Source: Eubacteriales bacterium
GTDB lineage: Bacteria > Bacillota > Clostridia > Oscillospirales > CAG-272
Reading direction: 5' to 3'
Length of the DNA stretch: 36,072 nucleotides
Assembly: GCA_045629765.1 (NCBI GenBank)
Contig: JAZQRW010000183.1
Span: forward strand, 1-36,072
The number at the start of each line of letters is the position of its first letter. Within the stretch, counting starts at the first letter, position 1. Below are positions 7,667-14,907 of this stretch, piece by piece. Made by a program: the position numbers and the translations under genes. The notes beneath the pieces were generated by a model. That model searched no databases and was not told the origin of the DNA. It saw nothing but the letters and a program-made list of their open reading frames with translations.

Positions 7667-10222
7667 TTATTCTTCGGTATATATTTCTGTACAGCTTGAT
7701 GGTACTCCATGCCTCCAATTGTCACCCTTCGTTATAGCGTTCCACGCTTCCTGTGTGCCAATATATTTGATGCTCGTAAGCCTTGAGCAACCGTTAAAGG
7801 CATAAACACCAATGCTCTTTACACCCTCTCCGATAACTACATTTGTAAGTGACGTGCAGGCATCAAACGCCCTGCCGCCAATAGCCGTAACACCATTTCC
7901 GATAGTTGCGCTAACAATACTCTTACAGCTACTAAAGGCAAAATCGCCAATCTCGGTAACGCTATCAGGTATGATTATTTCAGTAAGGCTTGTGCAATTT
8001 CTAAATGCGCTGGCTGCAATTATATTTACTCCGTTTGCCATAGTTACACCCTCAAGATTTGAGCATTCACTAAATGCGGCTGTGCCTATGAAATTGACAC
8101 TAGCGGGTATATTTACACTAACAAGGTTTTTACAGTTATAGAACGCGTAGTCAGCGATTTCATCAACGCAATTCGGAACGTTGAACGTTGTATCGGTTTT
8201 TCCTATAGCGTACTGGATAAGAGTGTTGCCATACTTGGAATAAAGATCACCGTTACTAGACGTATAATGCTCGTTGTCATACCACACGTCAATCTTTGTA
8301 AGAGAGGTGCAATTATAAAATGCCTTCTCACCAATAACTTCAACGCTATCTGAAATAGTCACGCTTGTAAGTGACTTACATTCGTAGAATACCTCCTTGC
8401 CTATTTCAGATATACCGTTTTGCATACTGACGCTTACGAGATTTTTGTATCCGTAGAAGGCGTAGTCTGCAATCTTAGTAGCGTGCGACGGTATGATAAC
8501 GTCGGTTACAAGGTTACCTTCTAGGTGAAGATTGGTGGCGTAGTATAACGGGTTTGCTATATTACTTCCAAATTTTATGCTGCACCAATTCACTATATCG
8601 GAAATGTAAACGTCCTTAAGTGTTGTACAACCGTAAAATGCGTGTGAGCCGATAACCGACACTTGATTTCCAATAACTACACTTGCTAAGGAAACACATC
8701 CATAGAATGCGTTAGATCCAATAGTCGTGACACTGTTGGGTATGATAACACCACTAAGACCGCCGCAACCATAGAACGCATAATTGTCAATAATAGTCAC
8801 GCTATCGGGTATGACTATATCATTAAGCTTTGTGCAATTATAAAAGGCACTTCCTCCTATCTTCTTAACGCCATTACCCATAATCACTTCAGAAAGTTGC
8901 CTGCAGTCTTTGAAAGCATAGGAATTAATGTCGGTAACACTATTGGGGATTAAAACTGAGGTGATGTTCTTGTTTTTAAACGCTTCTGAGAAAATAGTAG
9001 TTACCGGGACGCCTTCATAAGTATCTGCTATTATAATTCTCTTAGAGTCTCCGTAATAGCTCATAACTCTAGCATAAGTCTTGTCAGCGGAGAGACTATA
9101 AGTAATTCCCTTCGTATCCTTTATGGGCTTCGAGCATACCGTACAGTAGCCGGAATCGTCAGTGCTGTGTTCTGCGTATCCCGTAGTTTCAGTACAGTCT
9201 TTGCATTCAAACCAATGATGCGAGGAGTCGTACGAATATTCTTTATAATTGTGCTGTGGCTCACCGTAATCAAAGGTTGACTCACCTATCTTTCCGCAAG
9301 AGCAAGAATAGAAATACTTAGCGGAGTTCTCGCAATCAGCAGCAGAAGCAAAATACTTCTCGTCCACTTGCTTTACGGTGTAGCTGTGACCTAGAGGATT
9401 ACCGTCGGTAAAGGTTTCGGTACCTTTCTTTCCGCAAGAGCAGGAGTAGTAGTATACAGCCGCGTTCTCACAATCAGCCGCTGATACAAAGTAGTCCTCG
9501 GATGTGTCCTTCGTAACGTAACTATGTCCTAAGGGTTCACCGTCATCAAAGGTTATCTCACCCTTCTTGCCGCATGAGCAAGAATAATAGTATTTAGCCG
9601 CATTTTCGCAATCTGCCGCTGATACAAGATAATCACTATCGGTATTTTTCGAAGTGTAGTTATGCTCAGGCTGACCGTACTCAAAGGTCATCGTACCTGC
9701 CTCGCCGCACTCACAGGAGTAATAATACGTAGCCGCATTTTCGCAATCTGCAGGGGTTGCTAAATATTGACTCTGTGCAAAATCCCAAACAAATTCGTGT
9801 ACATGGGCAGGATTGTTTCCGGGGTTTTCACCGGGATTTTCACCGGGGTTCTCGCCGGGGTTCTCACCGGGGTTCTCGCCGGGGTTCTCGCCGGGGTTCT
9901 CACCGGGATTCTCGCCGGGATTCTCGCCGGGATTCTCGCTTGAGTTATTGCCCGTTCCGTTGCCTGTGCCGTTGCCGGATCCGCCACTAACGTCAACTCC
10001 GTCCTCATAGCTCTCATCACACTTATCGCATAGTGCGTCATCGTTTGCATCTCTATGCTCACACGGTTTGTCATCTATTGTGTAGAAGGCTTCGCCGCAG
10101 GTATCGCACAATGTATCTGCGTCGAAGTCCACGTGCGCACAGTCCTCACCAAAAATTAAGTCGCAGGACGAGAACATAAACGTCATACAAGCTATCGAAA
10201 AAATCACTAAAAGCTTCTTCAT
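7667..10222 (-). CDS. Large surface lipoprotein (852 aa), paralog of 3948-7265: lipobox, Cys knuckles, (GENP)n linker, 4 Cys3-His repeats, BspA-type LRRs
   Basis: I place the start at ATG 10222 (MKKLLVIFSIACMTFMFSSC, lipobox) with a GGAGA RBS 5-10 nt upstream. The longer ORF up to 10651 has no signal peptide and runs through the divergent promoter and start of the next gene. The architecture and C-terminal motif WN.ITKGD.W...YTEE match the neighbouring gene. Confidence 0.85.
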   Translation of the reverse strand: MKKLLVIFSIACMTFMFSSCDLIFGEDCAHVDFDADTLCDTCGEAFYTIDDKPCEHRDANDDALCDKCDESYEDGVDVSGGSGNGTGNGTGNNSSENPGENPGENPGENPGENPGENPGENPGENPGENPGENPGNNPAHVHEFVWDFAQSQYLATPADCENAATYYYSCECGEAGTMTFEYGQPEHNYTSKNTDSDYLVSAADCENAAKYYYSCSCGKKGEITFDDGEPLGHSYVTKDTSEDYFVSAADCENAAVYYYSCSCGKKGTETFTDGNPLGHSYTVKQVDEKYFASAADCENSAKYFYSCSCGKIGESTFDYGEPQHNYKEYSYDSSHHWFECKDCTETTGYAEHSTDDSGYCTVCSKPIKDTKGITYSLSADKTYARVMSYYGDSKRIIIADTYEGVPVTTIFSEAFKNKNITSVLIPNSVTDINSYAFKDCRQLSEVIMGNGVKKIGGSAFYNCTKLNDIVIPDSVTIIDNYAFYGCGGLSGVIIPNSVTTIGSNAFYGCVSLASVVIGNQVSVIGSHAFYGCTTLKDVYISDIVNWCSIKFGSNIANPLYYATNLHLEGNLVTDVIIPSHATKIADYAFYGYKNLVSVSMQNGISEIGKEVFYECKSLTSVTISDSVEVIGEKAFYNCTSLTKIDVWYDNEHYTSSNGDLYSKYGNTLIQYAIGKTDTTFNVPNCVDEIADYAFYNCKNLVSVNIPASVNFIGTAAFSECSNLEGVTMANGVNIIAASAFRNCTSLTEIIIPDSVTEIGDFAFSSCKSIVSATIGNGVTAIGGRAFDACTSLTNVVIGEGVKSIGVYAFNGCSRLTSIKYIGTQEAWNAITKGDNWRHGVPSSCTEIYTEE
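9809..9937 (-). repeat. 12-bp tandem repeat, about 10-11 units (CCGGGRTTYTCR on the + strand), encoding (GENP)n
   Basis: Read directly from the sequence: ccggggttttca ccgggattttca ccggggttctcg ccggggttctca ... ccgggattctcg. It encodes SENP-(GENP)9-GNNP and is preceded by a GNGTGNGTGNN low-complexity stretch. Confidence 0.9.
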
Positions 10223-10253
10223 AATTTTTCTCCTAAAATGTTGTAACAACTTT

Positions 10254-10282
10254 ATTTTAACATTAAATCCAACGTTTTGCAA
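10254..10282 (-). promoter_or_regulatory. Candidate sigma-A promoter of the second LRR gene (TTGCAA-17-TAAAAT)
   Basis: Minus strand: -35 TTGCAA (10277-10282), 17-nt spacer, -10 TAAAAT (10254-10259). It lies about 30 nt upstream of ATG 10222. Confidence 0.45.
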
Positions 10283-10355
10283 TACCCTGTAGGATTTTAT
10301 TAAAATGTGCCGAAAAGTATTTTTCGATTTGTCAATTGCAAATAGCAAAAAAGCA

Positions 10356-10384
10356 TTTACTTTTCCACCGGCATGTGTTACAAT
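10356..10384 (+). promoter_or_regulatory. Candidate sigma-A promoter (TTTACT-17-TACAAT with TG extension) for the PHP/kinase genes
   Basis: -35 TTTACT at 10356-10361, a 17-nt spacer ending in TGT, and -10 TACAAT at 10379-10384. Confidence 0.4.
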
Positions 10385-10460
10385 ACTGTTGAAATGATAC
10401 CGTACATTGTTCCCGGGATCGAAACACAATCTGCAAATATTCATAAAAGCGAGGTTTGAT

Positions 10461-11144
10461 ATGTACAAGATCGACTTACACATACACACAAAATATTCAA
10501 GTGCATGCAGCGTTATGACGGCAGATATGATAGTTGAGAAATATGCCGAAGCCGGATATAGCGCAATAGCAATAACAGACCACGCAAACAGAACAACATT
10601 TAAGGAGTTGCTCGACTCATCTAATGGTGAGGAAGGATTTAGAAAATTCATTCAGGGTTATGAAAATGTTAAGGCGGCGGCTGAAAAGCACGGTATTATA
10701 GTGTACCGCGGCGCTGAAATAAGATTTGACTCCGACCCAAACGATTATTTGATTTTTAATTATCCCGATAATCTACTCTGCGATTTGGATGCAGTAATGA
10801 AAATGGGGCTTAAGAATTTTTATTCTATTGCAAAGAGCACAGGCACACTTATCATTCAAGCGCATCCTTTTAGAGAAATTTGTACTCCCGCTAACGCAGA
10901 TCTTCTTGACGGAGTTGAGATAGCAAATACACACGCCCGCCACAAAAACAATAATTCGTCAGCACAAGAATTTGCCGAGCGAAATTCACACCTCATAAAA
11001 ATTGGCGGCTCCGATTGTCACAGACCGGAGGATGCGGGGCGCGGTGGAATTCTCAGCGATACGTTGCCAAAGACTGATAGCGAACTATCTACACTTTTAA
11101 AAAGCGGTAAATATTCGATTTTGACAACAAATGTTGACAATTAG
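10461..11144 (+). CDS. PHP-domain metal-dependent phosphoesterase
   Basis: MYKIDLHIHTKYSSACS (H-x-H), AITDHAN, IQAHPFR and GGSDCHRPED are the PHP metal-ligand motifs. GAGG RBS at 10451 and ATG at 10461. The upstream part of the tracked ORF (from 10407) has no RBS. Confidence 0.8.
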   Translation: MYKIDLHIHTKYSSACSVMTADMIVEKYAEAGYSAIAITDHANRTTFKELLDSSNGEEGFRKFIQGYENVKAAAEKHGIIVYRGAEIRFDSDPNDYLIFNYPDNLLCDLDAVMKMGLKNFYSIAKSTGTLIIQAHPFREICTPANADLLDGVEIANTHARHKNNNSSAQEFAERNSHLIKIGGSDCHRPEDAGRGGILSDTLPKTDSELSTLLKSGKYSILTTNVDN

Positions 11145-11194
11145 ACGATATTTGTAAGAAATCAACTATATCAAAATGACTATAAAGAGGTCTT

Positions 11195-12715
11195 ATGAAA
11201 AAATCATATTTAGGAATTGAACTTGGCTCAACAAGAATTAAAGCAGTAGCAATTGACGAAAATTGTAAACCCATCTCTTCGGGAGACTATACGTGGAGCA
11301 GCGATTTTAAAAACGGAATATGGACATACGAGCTTAACAGTGTATGGGATGGCTTGCGCACGGCTCTTGGCGGCATCGACTGTACGGACACGGTTGGAGC
11401 CGCAGGTATTTCGGGTATGATGCACGGATATTTAGCATTTGATGAGGATTGGAATTTACTGGTGCCCTTCCGCACTTGGCAAAACACTATTACAGCCGAA
11501 GCCGCTGACAAGCTCACAAAGCTTTTCGGATTCAATGTTCCGCAAAGATGGAGCATCGCGCACCTGTATCAAGCAATTCTTAACGGCGAGGAGCACGTCT
11601 CAAGAATTGCGCATATAACCACACTCGCAGGTTACGTGCATTATATGCTCACAGGCGTAAACGCAATCGGTGTGTGTGAGGCATCCGGAATGTTCCCCAT
11701 CGACAGTCAAACAAAGAATTACGACGAGGGAATGCTTCTAAAGTTCGAGAAGCTAACAGAAAATATGCCTTGGAATATTCGCCAGCTTTTACCCAAGGTT
11801 TTGGTTGCAGGTGAGAATGCAGGCAGTTTGACTAAAGAGGGTGCTTTGCGACTTAACAATATGCTTAAGGTAGATACTCCATTCGCACCACCCGAAGGCG
11901 ATGCAGGCACAGGTATGGTTGCAACCAATTCGGTAAGAGTCAGAACGGGTAATATTTCCGCCGGCACGTCAATCTTCTCTATGGTTGTGCTTGAAAAGGC
12001 TATTGAGAAGGTATATCAGGAAATAGACGTTGTTATGACACCTGCAGCTGACACGGTGGCTATGGTACACTGTAATAATTGCACTAACGATATGAATAAA
12101 TGGGTATCGCTGTTTAACGAAATGTTAAGGCTGTTCGGAAAGGAAGTAACGGCAAACGAGCTATACACTAAACTATATCAGCATTCCTTAAATGGCGAAG
12201 CGGATTGCAGCGGCATTATTACCTACAATTACATGGCGGGCGAGGGAATCACTCACCTCGATAGCGGCAGACCCCTAGTTGTAAGAAATCCCGAAAGCAA
12301 TTTCACACTCGCAAACCTTTTACGCTCACAACTATACGCAACTCTGGCAACACTCAGATTGGGTATGAATATACTCGAGAGTGAAGGAGTTAAAATTGAC
12401 ACGTTAACCGGTCACGGTGGGCTCTTTAAGACCCCTCTTGTGTGTCAAAGATATATGGCAGCAGCTTGTAATGTTCCTATTACTTGTATGGCGGCTGCGG
12501 GTGAAGGCGGTCCTTACGGAATGGCTCTTCTTGCTTCATATATGATGAATAAGGAGTCACTTACTCTCCCTGACTATCTTGACCGATATGCATTTAACGA
12601 CAGCTGTCGCGTTACACTTGAGCCGGATGAAAACGATGTAATAGGATTTAATCAGTACATGGAGCGATACAAAAAAGGCCTTAAGGTTGAAGCGTGCGCA
12701 ACCGAAAATTTGTAA
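11195..12715 (+). CDS. FGGY-family carbohydrate kinase (xylulokinase-like)
   Basis: N-terminal ATPase motif LGIELGSTRIKAVAID, GMMHGYLAFDEDWNLLVPFRTWQN (FGGY signature region) and C-terminal TGHGGLFK. AGAGG RBS. Confidence 0.8.
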   Translation: MKKSYLGIELGSTRIKAVAIDENCKPISSGDYTWSSDFKNGIWTYELNSVWDGLRTALGGIDCTDTVGAAGISGMMHGYLAFDEDWNLLVPFRTWQNTITAEAADKLTKLFGFNVPQRWSIAHLYQAILNGEEHVSRIAHITTLAGYVHYMLTGVNAIGVCEASGMFPIDSQTKNYDEGMLLKFEKLTENMPWNIRQLLPKVLVAGENAGSLTKEGALRLNNMLKVDTPFAPPEGDAGTGMVATNSVRVRTGNISAGTSIFSMVVLEKAIEKVYQEIDVVMTPAADTVAMVHCNNCTNDMNKWVSLFNEMLRLFGKEVTANELYTKLYQHSLNGEADCSGIITYNYMAGEGITHLDSGRPLVVRNPESNFTLANLLRSQLYATLATLRLGMNILESEGVKIDTLTGHGGLFKTPLVCQRYMAAACNVPITCMAAAGEGGPYGMALLASYMMNKESLTLPDYLDRYAFNDSCRVTLEPDENDVIGFNQYMERYKKGLKVEACATENL

Positions 12716-12755
12716 ACAAAAGTACACAAAAATAGCAATAGATGTGAGGTGCATA

Positions 12756-13685
12756 ATGGCAAATTACATAACGATTGACGGCGGTACAACCAATACCCGT
12801 GTCAATTTAGTAGTGGATAAAAAGGTGATTGACAAGGTCTTTATTCCGTTTGGTGCAAAGGCAAGCATCGGCAATCGCGAAAAGCTTAGAGTAGCTATTA
12901 AAGACGCTATTTTTGAGCTGCTTAAAAAGCACAAGATACAAAATTCTGATATAGCAAAAATCTTAGCATCAGGCATGATTACAAGCGAGCATGGACTTAT
13001 GGAAATCCAGCACATCAAAACGCCCGCAGGTTTAAGCGAGCTTCACAATGCTATGCGTGAGGTTGTGCTCGAGGACATAAGTAATATCCCATTCGTGTTT
13101 ATCAGCGGTGTAAAAACTGATGCCGAAAGTCTTTGCAACATAGATATTATGCGCGGTGAGGAAACCGAAATCTTTGGTATTGCAGGCGGCGATGACGGAG
13201 TATACGTTTTGCCCGGTTCACACTCCAAAATCGTAACGATAAGCAACGGACAAATCACTGATTTTAAGACTATGCTGACGGGCGAAATGATTGCAACATT
13301 GCTTGAGGGAACAATACTTAAAGGTTCATTTGACCTAAACGCAGTCAGTCTTGATAACGAGTATTTATTCAAGGGGTACGATTACTGTCGTGAGCATGGA
13401 ATCAATGACGCGCTATTCAAGGTAAGAGTGCTGAAAAACCTCCTAAAAGCAACAGAAAACGAGCTTTATAGCTTCTATATGGGTGTAATTCTATATAATG
13501 AGGTAAATTATATTATTTCAATACCTGCAAAAAGGATAGTAGTTGGTGGTAAAAAAAGTCTAAAAGACATACTAACATCACTCCTTGAAAGGTATTCGTC
13601 CACTGAGGTGATTGCGCTTGACGAATGCGTGGCAACCAACGCGACAACTAACGGTGTGATTGAAATTTTTGAATATCAAGGCTAA
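12756..13685 (+). CDS. dgoK: 2-dehydro-3-deoxygalactonokinase (DgoK) family kinase
   Basis: ITIDGGTTNTR, IMRGEETEIFG, LPGSHSKIV and DFKTMLTGEMIATLL parallel the E. coli DgoK motifs IAIDWGSTNLR, VMRGEETQLIG, PGTHCKWV and DFRTVMTGELHHLL. GAGGTG RBS before ATG 12756. Confidence 0.75.
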   Translation: MANYITIDGGTTNTRVNLVVDKKVIDKVFIPFGAKASIGNREKLRVAIKDAIFELLKKHKIQNSDIAKILASGMITSEHGLMEIQHIKTPAGLSELHNAMREVVLEDISNIPFVFISGVKTDAESLCNIDIMRGEETEIFGIAGGDDGVYVLPGSHSKIVTISNGQITDFKTMLTGEMIATLLEGTILKGSFDLNAVSLDNEYLFKGYDYCREHGINDALFKVRVLKNLLKATENELYSFYMGVILYNEVNYIISIPAKRIVVGGKKSLKDILTSLLERYSSTEVIALDECVATNATTNGVIEIFEYQG

Positions 13686-13691
13686 ATGCTT

Positions 13692-13720
13692 AAGGCGCTC
13701 CGAAACGAGCGCCTTTTTTT
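13692..13720 (+). terminator. Rho-independent terminator after the kinase genes
   Basis: AAGGCGCTC-CGAAAC-GAGCGCCTT followed by TTTTTTT. Confidence 0.8.
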
Positions 13721-13767
13721 ATGAAAGCAGAGTAATAGAAATTTATGTCTAAATGCAAGTTGCTTTT

Positions 13768-13909
13768 GAGGGTACGCCGAGTGAGGAAACGAAGATTTAT
13801 GCCTAAACCAAGATACCTACACCTAGTGGCAAACGTATTTTGAAAAGAAATCTTTGGCTGACGAGCGACCGCGTACGAGGGTACGCCGAGCGAGGAAACG
13901 AAGATTTAT
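13768..13909. repeat. Two copies of a 33-bp direct repeat (13768-13800 and 13877-13909, 32/33 identical)
   Basis: gagggtacgccgagYgaggaaacgaagatttat was read twice, 109 bp apart, in the convergent intergenic region between the DgoK-family gene and sigG. Confidence 0.85.
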
Positions 13910-13929
13910 TCCAAAATACGAAAGCCACT
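13825..13929 (-). other. About 105-nt nested inverted-repeat structure immediately 3' of sigG (possible structured 3' UTR or small element)
   Basis: The outer arms AGTGGCaaaCGTATTTTG (13825-13842) and CAAAATACGaaaGCCACT (13912-13929) pair 6+9 bp around a 3x3 internal loop. An inner stem pairs AAATCTT with AAGATTT. The apical hairpin is GCGTAC-GAGG-GTACGC (13871-13886). No T-run follows. Confidence 0.35.
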
Positions 13930-13931
13930 AT

Positions 13932-14705
13932 TTACATGTATTTGCGCATTTTGTCAATCGCTGCTTTTTCAAGACGTGAAACTTGCGCTTGCGATATTCC
14001 AATTTCTGCTGCGATTTCCATCTGCGTCTTCCCCTTAAAGTAGCGCAAGCGTATTATACCAAGCTCACGCTCGCTCAGTTTCTTCAAAGCTTCCTTCAAT
14101 GATATACTCTCCACCCAGCTCTCCTCAGAATCGCTCTCATCAGCAAGCTTATCGATCACGAACATCTTATCCTCGCCGTCTCCGTATACGCTATCGAAAA
14201 GAGAAATAGGTTCTACAACCGACTCCATAGCCTCACCGATGGCACGCGGACTTGCATCTAATTTCTTCGCGATTTCATCAAGAGTTGCCTCACGCTGTTC
14301 CCTGCTTGAAACCTCTTCTTTAATTTGAAGCGCCCTATAAGCCAAATCACGCACGCTTCTTGAAACTCTAATTGAATTATTGTCACGCTGATATCGCCTA
14401 AGTTCACCTATAATCATTGGCACTGCATAAGTCGAAAATTTCACGTTAAAATCAGGATTGAAGTTATCTATTGCCTTTATCAATCCTATCACGCCCACCT
14501 GGAACAAGTCCTCCGCCGTATCCCGCTTAGGATTAAATTTTCCGCTTACACTAAGCACCAGTCGAAGATTGCCAAGTATCAGTTTTTCACGCGCGTGGCG
14601 GTCTCCTTTTCTAACTTTAGTTAGCAAATCGCGCTTTTCATCTTCGGTTAACACCACAAGAGTTGAAGTATCCACACCGCAAATTTCTACCTTGTTTGTA
14701 CGCAT
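13932..14705 (-). CDS. sigG: Sporulation (forespore) RNA polymerase sigma factor SigG
   Basis: NKVEICGVDTS..L.VL, AREKLI.GNLRLVLSV, DLFQVGVIGLIKAIDNF, VKFSTYAVPMIIGELRRY.RDNN.IRVSRS, GKTQMEIAAEIGISQAQVSRLEKAAI. This is almost collinear with B. subtilis SigG. GGTGAGGGG RBS. Confidence 0.9.
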   Translation of the reverse strand: MRTNKVEICGVDTSTLVVLTEDEKRDLLTKVRKGDRHAREKLILGNLRLVLSVSGKFNPKRDTAEDLFQVGVIGLIKAIDNFNPDFNVKFSTYAVPMIIGELRRYQRDNNSIRVSRSVRDLAYRALQIKEEVSSREQREATLDEIAKKLDASPRAIGEAMESVVEPISLFDSVYGDGEDKMFVIDKLADESDSEESWVESISLKEALKKLSERELGIIRLRYFKGKTQMEIAAEIGISQAQVSRLEKAAIDKMRKYM

Positions 14706-14735
14706 ATCCCCTCACCCGTGTTAAATTTGTAACCT

Positions 14736-14765
14736 TAGTATTGCCAAACCTTGTCGAATTTAAAC
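14736..14765 (-). promoter_or_regulatory. Candidate sigma-F/sigma-G-type forespore promoter upstream of sigG
   Basis: Minus strand: GTTTA (14761-14765), 15 nt, GGCAATACTA (14736-14745). This fits the G[TC]ATA-15-GGnnAnAhTn pattern with one -35 mismatch. It lies about 30 nt upstream of the sigG start. Confidence 0.35.
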
Positions 14766-14836
14766 TACTTTCTTTACATTTTTGGCAGAGCGAGGCATAT
14801 AAGTCAAATGTACACATTTTTAGCAGAAATTTTGCA

Positions 14837-14866
14837 TTGAAACAAGCAAGCAAAATGTGTTAGAAT
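14837..14866 (+). promoter_or_regulatory. Candidate sigma-A promoter (TTGAAA-18-TGtTAGAAT) for the SleB-family gene
   Basis: -35 TTGAAA at 14837-14842 and -10 TAGAAT at 14861-14866, preceded by TGT. Confidence 0.4.
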
Positions 14867-14907
14867 ATACCTGCTACAAAAATGATGAGGTAGCAAAGGA
14901 GGTATGA

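Noticed and set aside
9757-10010. Plus-strand ORFs with striking repeats (…RGSHRGSRRGS… and …FSPGFSPGFSPG…), and the possibility of a CRISPR-like array
   Set aside because: They are alternative-frame and antisense readings of the 12-bp (GENP)n tandem repeat inside the lipoprotein gene. The units are contiguous with no spacers, so this is not a CRISPR array.
10223-10651. N-terminal 143-codon extension of the tracked ORF 7667..10651 (MNFLNPSS...)
   Set aside because: The extension has no signal peptide or RBS. It runs antisense through the promoter, the RBS and the first 190 nt of the divergent PHP gene. An internal ATG at 10222 has a GGAGA RBS and starts a textbook lipoprotein signal peptide that matches the paralog.
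14752-14758. TGTCGAA (Spo0A-box-like heptamer) between sigG and the SleB-family gene
   Set aside because: It is a single 7-mer occurrence that lies within the spacer of the candidate forespore promoter. That frequency is expected by chance, and there is no second box.
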